64,000 bases of DNA from Planctomycetota bacterium (GTDB lineage Bacteria; Planctomycetota; UBA1135; UBA2386). The stretch covers positions 277,694 through 341,693 of the forward strand of contig JACKHZ010000013.1 in the NCBI GenBank assembly GCA_020638735.1, in the 5' to 3' direction. Numbering within the stretch: position 1 is the stretch's first letter; every line of letters starts with the position of its first letter. Position numbers and translations under genes: made by a program. Under the pieces are notes generated by a model. It searched no databases and had not been told where the DNA came from. It worked only from the letters and a program-made list of their open reading frames with translations. Positions 23,977-35,053 of the stretch are shown here, piece by piece.

Positions 23977-26900
23977 ATGCCGCTCCCGTTCGCCGGACCC
24001 GACCGCCTGCTCGCGCACTACGCCCGCACCGGCGACGCGCGTTCGCTCGGCCGGCTGTTCGACCGCACCGCGCCGGAGCTGCTGCGGGTCGCGCTGTGGC
24101 TGGTCGGTGACCGCCACGACGCCGAGGACCTGCTGCAGCGCACGTTCGTCGCGGTGATGCAGTCGCGGGAGCGCTACGACCCGGCGCGGCGCGCGGTGCC
24201 GTGGATGTGCGGCGTGCTCGGCAACCTGGCGCGGCGGCTGCACGAGCAGCGAGCGCGGACGGCGCGGGACGTGCCGATCGAAGGGGTCGCCGAATGTGCG
24301 GGTGCCGGCGACCCGGTGCGCGCGGCCCGCGACGCCGAACTCGCCGCGGCGGTCGCGCGCATGCGCGACGCGCTCGGCCCGCCCTACGCGGAAGTGCTGG
24401 ACCTTCACCTCGGCGAAGGGCTCCTGGCCAACGAGATCGCGACGCGCCTCGGGCGCCCGGCCGGCACGGTGCGCACGCAGTTGGTGCGCGGTCTCGGCCT
24501 GCTCAAACGTCACCTGCCGAACGGCTTCGTCGCCGGGCTGCTGCTCGCCGGCTCGGCGCGCGCGGCGGTGCTGGTGGCGGCGCAGGCTGCCGTGCGGCAA
24601 CAGGTGGTCTCGGCGGCGCTGGCCGCGCAACCGGCGGGCGCCGCGGCGGGAACCGCGGCGCTCGCGATCCAGATCGCGGGGATGACGATGGGGAAGAAGA
24701 TGCTGTGGCTCGCACCGGCGCTGCTGCTCGCGCTCGGTGGTGGCGTTCTCTGGTGGCAGCAGGATTCCGCCGCGGCGCCGGTTGCGCCGGCGCCGCTGGC
24801 GGCGGAGGTGGAGGTCGTTGGGCGTGATGGTTCGTCGCGCGAGCCCGTCGCGTCGGCAGCGGAGCGCGTGGCGGCGGTGGCCGGGGACGCGCTTCCCGAG
24901 CCAGATCCCGACTGGGCGACGTTGGTCGTGCGGCTGAAGTGGGAGGACGACGGTTCGCCGGCGGTCGGGGTCGGCATCCGCGCCCAGCCGGATCCTGGGC
25001 TGCCGACGCGCATGCGTTGCGGGCTCACCGGCGATGCCGGGGCGGTGACGTTGCGCCGGTTGCGTCCGGGCAGGGTCGTCGTCGACTCGCACTTCAGTGT
25101 GCCCAAGTGGATCGACGTCGAGGCCGGTCGCGTGCAGACGCTCGACCTGACGGCGCCGCGCGGGGAGACCGTCGAGGGCATCGTGCTCGACGCCGCAGAA
25201 CGGCCGGTCGCCGGTGCGCGCATCTGGTTGTCCGACTCCGGCAGCGTCTGGCGCGGCTTCGAAGTGGCGACCACGGGCGCCGATGGGCGGTTCGCGATGA
25301 CGGCCCGCGGTGGCCATGTCGGCGCGCGCTGTGCCGGCTATGTGCCGTCGCGGTTGCGTATGCTGACGCCCGGGCACGGTGCGTTGACGATCCGCCTCAC
25401 GGAGGCAGCCGGCGCGGTGCACGGGCGCGTCGTCGATACGAAGGGGCAGCCGGTCGCGGAGGCGTTGGTGGCCATCGGCTGGCTCGGCGGCAACGTGATC
25501 CCCGGCAGCACGCGCGACGAGTACTACACGGCGCCGACCCGACCGCGCATCGTCACCGACGTCGATGGCCGCTTCTCTTGTGATGGCGTAGCGCCGGGTT
25601 CGACCGAGGTGCAGGCTTGGGCAGCTGGCTTCGGTCCGGCGAGCACGACGACGCTGGTCGCGGTCGACGCGAGTGCGGAGGTCATGCTGGTGCTCGAGCC
25701 GGGTGCCGTGGTCGAAGGCGTCGTGCGGGATGCCGGTGGTGGCGCGGTCGCCAACGCGCGCGTCGGCCGTGCCGTCAGCTACTACACGTTTGCCGCGGTC
25801 GGGGCTTCGACCGATGCCGAAGGGCGCTTCCGGCTCGTCGACCTGCCGGCGGGGGAGGTGCCACTGAAGGTGTGGCGCGATGGGCGCGACGTCACTGCGC
25901 AAACGGTGGCCACCATCGCCGGCGCGGTGACGACCTGGAACCCCGTGCTCGACGAGGGCGCGGTACTGCGCGGCCGCGTGCTCGCACCGGACGGTTCGCC
26001 GGTCGCTGACCTGACGGTCGGTGTGGTGCCCGACAACCAGGGGCCACTCGATCCCGAGACGACGACCGATGCGGATGGGGCCTTCGTGCTCGACGACATC
26101 CGCAGCGTTCCATTGACGCTGCGCATCGAGGGCTCTTGCCCGCTCGCGGAGCGCCGGTTCGATACCGCACCTGCCGCTGCGCAGGTCCTGCAGCTCACCG
26201 ATCGCGAGTGGCCGTCGGCCAGTGTGAGTGGCCGCGTGCTGGGTGTCGACGGTGCGACCGTCGCGGCGACGGTCTCGGTGCACCAAGCGTGGTGGCGTAC
26301 GGGGCCGCAGCGGGTCACCGACGAGCGCGGAGGGTTCGTGTTCGAGCGCCTGACACCGGGTGACTACCGCGTCGCCGTGCACGCGCCCGGCTATGGCGAG
26401 TTGCTGCTGCCGCAGCTGCACTTGCAGCCGGGCGAGCAGGTTCGTTTGCCTGACGTGCAGCTACGACCCGCTGGACGCATCGAGTTCGAGTTCCGGCCAT
26501 GCGAGGAGAACGCTTCGTTCGGCATGCTCCAGTTGCTGCGCGACGACGGGGTCACGGTCGGGCACGTGATGCCGGACGGTGCCGTCGCATCCGCAGAGCT
26601 GCCGGCAGGTGACTATCGGGCGATCGCCTGGGGCAACCACTCGGTGGCCGTGGTGGGCTTCCACGTCGACAGCGGAACTACGAACCGTGCGGAGCTGGTG
26701 TTCGCGCCGGCGCACCGCGTCGAGTTCGTCGTGACGTGGCCGGGTCGGGAAGCGCCGCAGCGCCTGCAGCTGATCGTGCGCGACGGCGGGGGCGGCATCG
26801 TCGGTACGCGCTACTTGGAGCCGTCGAGAACGGGGAACGGAGGGTCGCTCGATTGTCAGGTCGCGTTCGCCGTCGGTGCCTACAACATCGAAGCGCGAAT

Positions 26901-26994
26901 CGGCGACGAGCTCGTTGCCGAGGTCGCGTTCACGGTCGCCGCGGGTGACCCCGGGCCGATGCCGCGCATCGACGTGCCGCTGCGCCAGCAGTAG
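23977..26994 (+). CDS. membrane-tethered ECF sigma factor fused to a TM helix and a ~750-aa extracytoplasmic array of CarboxypepD_reg-like domains (paralogue 1)
   Basis: 1005 aa. Sigma-2 region: LLRVALWLVGDRHDAEDLLQRTFVAVMQSRERYDPARRAVPWMCGVLGN. Sigma-4 HTH: VLDLHLGEGLLANEIATRLGRPAGTVRTQLVRGLGLLKRHL. TM helix: KKMLWLAPALLLALGGGVLWW. Repeats then follow, such as VEGIVLDAAERPVAGARIWL...TGADGRFAM, VHGRVVDTKGQPVAEALVAI...TDVDGRFSCDGVAPG and LRGRVLAPDGSPVADLTVGV...TDADGAFVLD. Confidence 0.85.
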   Translation: MPLPFAGPDRLLAHYARTGDARSLGRLFDRTAPELLRVALWLVGDRHDAEDLLQRTFVAVMQSRERYDPARRAVPWMCGVLGNLARRLHEQRARTARDVPIEGVAECAGAGDPVRAARDAELAAAVARMRDALGPPYAEVLDLHLGEGLLANEIATRLGRPAGTVRTQLVRGLGLLKRHLPNGFVAGLLLAGSARAAVLVAAQAAVRQQVVSAALAAQPAGAAAGTAALAIQIAGMTMGKKMLWLAPALLLALGGGVLWWQQDSAAAPVAPAPLAAEVEVVGRDGSSREPVASAAERVAAVAGDALPEPDPDWATLVVRLKWEDDGSPAVGVGIRAQPDPGLPTRMRCGLTGDAGAVTLRRLRPGRVVVDSHFSVPKWIDVEAGRVQTLDLTAPRGETVEGIVLDAAERPVAGARIWLSDSGSVWRGFEVATTGADGRFAMTARGGHVGARCAGYVPSRLRMLTPGHGALTIRLTEAAGAVHGRVVDTKGQPVAEALVAIGWLGGNVIPGSTRDEYYTAPTRPRIVTDVDGRFSCDGVAPGSTEVQAWAAGFGPASTTTLVAVDASAEVMLVLEPGAVVEGVVRDAGGGAVANARVGRAVSYYTFAAVGASTDAEGRFRLVDLPAGEVPLKVWRDGRDVTAQTVATIAGAVTTWNPVLDEGAVLRGRVLAPDGSPVADLTVGVVPDNQGPLDPETTTDADGAFVLDDIRSVPLTLRIEGSCPLAERRFDTAPAAAQVLQLTDREWPSASVSGRVLGVDGATVAATVSVHQAWWRTGPQRVTDERGGFVFERLTPGDYRVAVHAPGYGELLLPQLHLQPGEQVRLPDVQLRPAGRIEFEFRPCEENASFGMLQLLRDDGVTVGHVMPDGAVASAELPAGDYRAIAWGNHSVAVVGFHVDSGTTNRAELVFAPAHRVEFVVTWPGREAPQRLQLIVRDGGGGIVGTRYLEPSRTGNGGSLDCQVAFAVGAYNIEARIGDELVAEVAFTVAAGDPGPMPRIDVPLRQQ

Positions 26995-27000
26995 TTCGGC

Positions 27001-28444
27001 GCATAGGTCGTCCAAGCTGGAGTCCGGCCCACCCGAACCGCACGACCGCGTCGATCCACGATCCTTCGCCCCCCGTCGACCCGCCTTCGGACCCCGCCCA
27101 ACCCCGGCACTCTTGCCGAAATCCCCCTTCCAGCCAACACCCCGCCCCCGCCGCGACCCTCTGGCCACGGCATCAGCTCCCTCACCTCACGCGCCCCACC
27201 ACTCCGCCACTCCCGGCGGCGCTCGCGCCGGCGCTACTTGCGCCACCCCACACGGCAACCCCATCGCCCGCCGCACCTTCTCGATCGCATCCGGCGCGGT
27301 GATCGCCGCCAGCAGCCGACGCACGCCGCCGCAATGCGGACAGACGAGCACGTCGATCGCGAACACCCGCCGCAGCAGTTCCGCCCACGGATAGCGGCGA
27401 CGACGCATCGTCGCGCAACCCGGCCGACCGCCGTTCGGTGCATGCGGGACCGTTCTGCGTCTCCTGCGCAACGCGAGCACCGCCTGCACCGCCCTCTGCT
27501 CCGGCTCGACCTCGACGCCATCGTCCGCCACCACCTCGTCTTCCTCCACCCGCGGTATCACCCGCGAACGCAACCCCGCCGCCGGCGCCAACACGCCGTG
27601 ATACGTCACCAGGTGACGCCGCGGCGGCGGCACCAATGCCAGCAGCCGCTCGATCAGCACCTCCGGCTCCATCACGACGTGTGTCGAACCGTCCTTCCAC
27701 TGCCGCTTCAGCGAGTACGCCACCCGCCCATCTCGTGCTCGTGCCACGCGACCTCCCCGCGGCCGGGCTGCCAGGAGTACACACCGTCGAGCCACACCAC
27801 ATGGAAGTGCACGTTCAGCCGCAGCCCCGAGTCGAACCGCTGCACGAACAACACCGCTCCCGTGCGCGGCCGTGGCAACCCCAGCCGACGCGCGCGCGAC
27901 TCGTAGAACCCCGACACCGCGCCCACCAACACCCGCCGCACCAGCGCACACGCCTCCGCGTCATACGCACACAGCACCCGCAGCCGATGCGGCAGCGACA
28001 ACACCCATTGCCGCACCGGCGCCTCGACCGGAAACACCCGGTCCACCAACCACGCCGCCGTGTCCACCATGCGCCGCGCCCCGCACGACGGGCAGAAGCC
28101 GCGGCCCTTGCACGAGAACGCCACCGCCTCGTCCTTCCGGCACACCTCGCACCACACCCGCGCGAAGCCGTGCGCCAACACCCCGCAGCGCAAGAACGCA
28201 TCCACCTCCCGATGGCAGAACCGCGGCAACGGCCGTTCGCGCTGCTCGAGGCGTAGACGCACCGTCGGCCACGCAGAGGCGACCGCCCGGTAGAGCACCG
28301 ACCGCTCCGGTCGGCGCCGACACCACGTTGCTGCAGCTGCGCGCACATACGGTCAGGTGCACCGCATGCGCCAGCGGTGGCATGGATTCGCCGCGGCACG
28401 CCATCACGCAGTCACACGCACGCGAGCATGGCCTTGCCCTCCAC
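27001..28444 (-). mobile_element. IS91-family element, copy D: oriIS-like end to transposase N-terminus, but with an out-of-frame internal deletion of roughly 0.4 kb (transposase pseudogene); right (terIS-side) boundary uncertain
   Basis: The N-terminal part (27708..28346 ORF) has the Zn-binding domain FLRCGVLAHGFARVWCEVCRKDEAVAFSCKGRGFCPSCGARRM and the Y2 core [17 protein letters not shown]. The C-terminal part (27187..27951 ORF) resumes at DGRVAYSLKRQWKDGSTHVV in another frame. At the junction, ...gccacccgcccatc|tcgtgctcgtgcc skips sequence present in copy B (about 15013-15408). The terminus variant is ..CCTATGC. It is more diverged from A, B and C (e.g. RVIPRVEEDEVVADDGVEVEPEQ). Confidence 0.8.
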
Positions 28445-28467
28445 CATCCGTAAGATCGCCGCCCCCG

Positions 28468-30785
<2,318 letters not shown>

Positions 30786-30789
<4 letters not shown>

Positions 30790-31793
30790 GCAAGCCCACC
30801 GCGGTGCTGTTCTGCCCCGGCCGCGGCGCCTACGGCAAGGACGAGCTCGGCTTCGTCGGCCGCACGCTGCGCCCCGGCCCCGTCGCCGACGCGCTCGCCG
30901 CGAGCGACGCCGCGCGCCGCGCCGCCGATCGCGCGACGCTGACCGAAGTGGACGCCGCGGATCGTTTCCGCCCGAGCTACCACCTCGACGGCGAGAACGC
31001 CGCCGAGTTGATCTACTTCGGCGCCATGGCGCACGTCGAGCAACTGCGCGAGCGCTACGAGATCGTCGCCGTCGCCGGCAACTCGCTGGGTTGGTACACG
31101 GCGCTGCCCGCGAGCGGCGCGCTCGACCCCACCGCCGGCTGGCGCCTCGTCGCGACGATGGCGCGCCTACAGAAGCTCGTGAAGGGCGGCCAGGTGCTGA
31201 CGACCACGGTCGGCGACGACTGGCGCCGCAACCCGGCGCTGTGGGTCGCCGTCGAGGCGACCGTGCACGCGCTGCAGGACCGCGGCGACGAGTTCTACTG
31301 CGACCACAGCATCCACCTCGGCGGCCACGCCGTGCTCGCCGGCACCGAGGCCGCCGTGCAGGAGCTGCTCGTGCGCCTGCCCAAGGTCAAGGTCGGCGAG
31401 CGCGAGTTCCCGTTCCGGCTCGCGGGCCACGGCCCGTTCCACACGCGCCTGTGCAACGAGACCTCGGCGCAGGCCGCGACGTTGCTCGCCGACCTGCCGG
31501 TCGTGGCGCCGCAGTGCCACCTGATCGACGGCTTCGGCAACGTGCACTCGCCGTGGTCCGCCGACCCGCGCGAGCTGCTGCGCTACACGCTGCGCGAACA
31601 GGTCGTCGAGACCTTCGATTTCTCCGCCTGCGTGCGCACGGCGATGCGCGAGTTCCAGCCGGACGTGCTGCTGTGCGCCGGACCGGGATCGTCGCTGCGC
31701 GCGCCGGTCGGCCACTGCGTCCTGCGCGAGGGCTGGCGCGGGGTGCACGACAAAGCGGCGCTGTTCGCGTCCGGCGTCGTCGCGACCGGTTGA
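30786..31793 (+). CDS. malonyl-CoA:ACP transacylase-like (FabD-family) acyltransferase
   Basis: The ATG at 30786 overlaps the E1 stop (ATGA). The protein starts MSKPTAVLFCPGRGAYGKDELGF and has the nucleophile elbow VAVAGNSLGWYTA (GxSxG) and the later GHGPFHTRL motif. Length is 335 aa. Confidence 0.75.
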
Positions 31794-31820
31794 TGAGTGC
31801 GCCGAGGCGCCCGCCGGCGA

Positions 31821-33017
31821 TCAGTTGATGCGGAACGCCATCGCCGAACCGAGCAGGAACGGCGCGGTGACCGTCGCGCCGGCGCCCTGCACGGCGAAGG
31901 TCACCCCGACCAGCAACGGATTGTTCGGCACCGGCAGGTAGAGGTCGAAGCGCTGCGTCGAGGTCAGCGTCTGCGCGATGGCGAACGCGGAAGTCGGATC
32001 GAGCAAGAGGTCGCCGATCGGAGTGCTGATCGGACCCGCCTCCGCGTGCGCACCCAGCATGCCGACGTAGCCGTTCTCGGAGGCGACGGAGAGGCGCGTC
32101 ACCCTGCCGATGGAAAGCGGCGAATCGCACCAGGCAACCGGCGTGACGACCTGACGATCCACCTGGACGAGGTGCGCCTCCGACAACCCCTCGGCGCCGA
32201 GCACCGGCTCGAGCCCGCGGGGGTCGTCGCCGAGGAACTGGCCGAAGAACCCGCCCGCGATCGCCATCGCGCGGTCGAACACCTCCGGACCCGCCGCGCT
32301 GAGCCCGGCGACGTTCATGTGGTCGCAGCTCCAGTCCATTCGGTAGTGGAACTTGAGCCCCTCCTTCGGCGCCAGGTACTCGTAGAACGGCTGCGCGTGC
32401 AGCAGCGGCGGTGTGATCTGGTCACCTTCGCCAGAGACGATGCCGAACGGGGCGTGCACGCTCGCCGCCGGCAAGCCCGGGTCGTGCGGCGCGAGCGCCA
32501 GCGCGCACTTGTAGCCCGGATTGCAGAGCGGCCCCGGCACGTCGTACATCACGTAGGCCGCGACACCGCCGCCCATCGAGTGCCCCATCACGCCGACCCT
32601 CTTCATGTCGAGCCGCTGATAGAACGGCGAAGCCGGGTCGCTGTTGGTCGCGGCCAACGCGCCGAACATCGCCCGCCCGTCGTACTCGAGCGCCAGATAG
32701 CTCCACTGGCCCGTGTTGAGCATCACGGTGACGAAGCCGCGGCTCGCCATGCGATCGCCGATCGCCGCGTAGTCGCTGCCGACGAAGCTGTAGCCGTGCA
32801 AGAACACGATCACGGGGCATCTGCCGACGTGCGGGCTCATCGGCACATCCTGGCCCCCGACGTCGGCCGGATAGAACACCTCGGCATCCAGCACGGGCGT
32901 GCCGTTGCCGGTGGTGTTGGCCCAGGCGACGTCGCGCATCCCGACGCCACCCACCTGCGCCGTGGCGATGGACGCCGTGGCGACGATCGCCAGCAGAAGT
33001 GCCCGGTTGTTGCGCAT
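31821..33017 (-). CDS. secreted alpha/beta hydrolase, cutinase/polyesterase- or chlorophyllase-like (GHSMGG), with shared C-terminal domain
   Basis: The signal peptide is MRNNRALLLAIVATASIATAQ. The hydrolase core is PVIVFLHGYSFVGSDYAAIGDRMASRGFVTVMLN, with nucleophile elbow VGVMGHSMGGGVAAY. Candidate acid and His residues are in SGEGDQITP and SCDHMN. The C-terminal ~100 aa (...FDLYLPVPNNPLLVGVTFAVQGAG....LLGSAMAFRIN) resemble the shared domain. Confidence 0.8.
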   Translation of the reverse strand: MRNNRALLLAIVATASIATAQVGGVGMRDVAWANTTGNGTPVLDAEVFYPADVGGQDVPMSPHVGRCPVIVFLHGYSFVGSDYAAIGDRMASRGFVTVMLNTGQWSYLALEYDGRAMFGALAATNSDPASPFYQRLDMKRVGVMGHSMGGGVAAYVMYDVPGPLCNPGYKCALALAPHDPGLPAASVHAPFGIVSGEGDQITPPLLHAQPFYEYLAPKEGLKFHYRMDWSCDHMNVAGLSAAGPEVFDRAMAIAGGFFGQFLGDDPRGLEPVLGAEGLSEAHLVQVDRQVVTPVAWCDSPLSIGRVTRLSVASENGYVGMLGAHAEAGPISTPIGDLLLDPTSAFAIAQTLTSTQRFDLYLPVPNNPLLVGVTFAVQGAGATVTAPFLLGSAMAFRIN

Positions 33018-33333
33018 CGAGTTCGGAGGTTGTCGCTCGGGAGGTCGAGGAAGATACCGGAGGAGACGGCACGGGCAAGGTCGTCTCGAGTGCGGCCGCG
33101 CGCGGCGGCAGCGCAGGCGCCCATCCCATCAGGAGAACGCCCCTCACCGCGACCGACGCTCGGCCGGAAACGCGCGCTCACACCGGGACGATGCGGCGAG
33201 CGCGTGGCGTCGGCCGTTCGACGGCGGCGACGCAAGCCCCTGACCGGACGACGTCGCCGCGCCGACGGTGCGACGCCGCGCCGACAGCGGCGCGGCGGGA
33301 GCTTCCGACGCGGTCGTGGCCTAGCATCTCGCC

Positions 33334-34551
33334 GTGCCGAATCCCCGCCACCACACCCCGCGTCGCCAGCAAGACCCCGGCGAGCAGATTTTCTCGTGCC
33401 GCCACTTCGGCATCTGCGGCGGCTGCTCGCTGCTGGACCAGCCGGTCGCGTGGCAGCTGCACGACAAGGTCGAGGCCGCGGAGGCGTTGCTGGCGCCGTT
33501 CCTCGACGGTCAGCGCGTCGCGTCCTCACCGCCCGAACGACCGCAGCGCCACTTCCGCACGCGCCTGCTCTACCCGGTGCGACAAGGCCACGACCACCAG
33601 CCGATCGTCGGCATCTACGAGTATCGCAGCCACCACGTGGTGCGCATCGAGGAGTGCCAGACGCAGGACGAGTGGTTGACCGCGCTCGGCCGCGCCGCCG
33701 AACGCGTCATCGGCGAGCTGCGGCTGCAGCCCTACGTCGCCGCACGACGGCGCGGCCAGGTGAAGGCGTTCTGGGCGCGGCTCGCCAGCGGCACCGGCGA
33801 AGTGCTCGCCGGCATCGTCACGCGGCCGGGCGAGTTCGACGAGGGCAAGCAGTTCGCCGACGCGCTGATCGACGCCGCGATGGAGCTGCGCAGCAGCGGC
33901 CGCGGGCGGCGGCTCGTCGGCGTCATGCACTCGATCAGCGACCGCGACGACGAGTTCCTGCTCGGCGATCGCCATGTGCCGCTGCGGGGCCGCGACCACG
34001 TGCTCGACGAGCGCGACGGACTGACGTTCCGCGTCAGCGCCGGCAGCTTCTACCAGATCCACGCCGGCGCCCACGCGCTGCTGTATCACCCGACGATCGA
34101 GCTGTGCGGCGACGTGCGCGACAAGCGCGTCGTCGACGGCTACGGCGGTGTCGGCGCGTTCGGCCTGCGACTCGCGAAGGCCGGCGCGCGCGAGGTGCTG
34201 ATCGTCGAGGACAACGCCGCCGCGTGCCGCGACGCCGAACACAACGCCAAGGAGAACGGGCTGGCCAACGTCGTCGTGCGCCGCGAACCGTTCGGCAGCG
34301 CGACGCTGCCGCGCGACCCCGACCTGATGATCGTCGACCCGCCGCGCGCCGGCCTGCAGCAGAAGGGCGTCGGCCGCGTGCTGCAGAGCAACCCGAAGCG
34401 GCTGATCTACGTCGCCTGCGCCGCCGACGCGCTGCAGCGCGACCTGCCGAAGCTGCGCGACTCCGGCTATCGCGTCACCGCGGCGCGGCTGTGCGACCTG
34501 TTCCCGCACACCGAGCACGTCGAGCTGGTGGTGCGGCTGGATCGCGAATGA
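33334..34551 (+). CDS. RumA/TrmA-family SAM-dependent RNA (uracil-5)-methyltransferase
   Basis: GTG start, 405 aa. The Fe-S Cys cluster is FSCRHFGICGGCSL. The SAM motif is VVDGYGGVGAFGLRLA. Further motifs are MIVDPPRAGL, the nucleophile region IYVACAADALQRDL, and the C-terminal LCDLFPHTEHVELVVRL. Confidence 0.85.
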   Translation: MPNPRHHTPRRQQDPGEQIFSCRHFGICGGCSLLDQPVAWQLHDKVEAAEALLAPFLDGQRVASSPPERPQRHFRTRLLYPVRQGHDHQPIVGIYEYRSHHVVRIEECQTQDEWLTALGRAAERVIGELRLQPYVAARRRGQVKAFWARLASGTGEVLAGIVTRPGEFDEGKQFADALIDAAMELRSSGRGRRLVGVMHSISDRDDEFLLGDRHVPLRGRDHVLDERDGLTFRVSAGSFYQIHAGAHALLYHPTIELCGDVRDKRVVDGYGGVGAFGLRLAKAGAREVLIVEDNAAACRDAEHNAKENGLANVVVRREPFGSATLPRDPDLMIVDPPRAGLQQKGVGRVLQSNPKRLIYVACAADALQRDLPKLRDSGYRVTAARLCDLFPHTEHVELVVRLDRE

Positions 34552-34573
34552 GGGTGCGGTCGCTCCGGTGCGC

Positions 34574-34966
34574 CTACTGCTCGTTGGCGCCACCCTCGAC
34601 GAACGATGTCATCTCGTCGAGGAAGGACTCGGCGACTCGCGCCACACCCACGGCAACCGGCTCCATCTTCTCCCAGTCCAGGTCCAGAGCCGTCGCGTGT
34701 CTCGAGACGTGTCGAAACCCCAGCAACTCTCCGAGCCGCTCGTGCAAGTCCGTCGATAGGACGGGCGGCCGACCACTCGTCGAGCGGGTCATGCTCGCCA
34801 AGAGCTGTTGATGCCAGGAGACGGCGTCGATCTTCGGCTCTCCACAGTGCTTCGCGACGGACTTCAGCAACTCTTCGATCCGTTGTAGATGCCACCCAGG
34901 AACCACGCGATCACCGCGAGATCTCGTTGCGATGGCGTGCCACCTGGCAGGATCTCGGCGAGGCAC
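34574..34966 (-). CDS. HEPN-like (HepT-type RX4H) small protein, apparently without its nucleotidyltransferase partner
   Basis: 130 aa. LHERLGELLGFRHVSRHATALDLDWEKMEPV carries an R-x4-H motif in the context typical of HepT-like HEPN toxins. The locus looks less G+C-rich than its neighbours. Only ~90 bp separate it from the next gene, so there is no room for a partner upstream. The call is tentative. Confidence 0.45.
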   Translation of the reverse strand: MPRRDPARWHAIATRSRGDRVVPGWHLQRIEELLKSVAKHCGEPKIDAVSWHQQLLASMTRSTSGRPPVLSTDLHERLGELLGFRHVSRHATALDLDWEKMEPVAVGVARVAESFLDEMTSFVEGGANEQ

Positions 34967-35053
34967 TTCCCGACCTCATCCACGTCGCCAAGACGCCTCC
35001 GCCGCGAATCGTTCCTGTCACCGACGCCGGGTGCTCCGTAGATTGCGCCCGCA

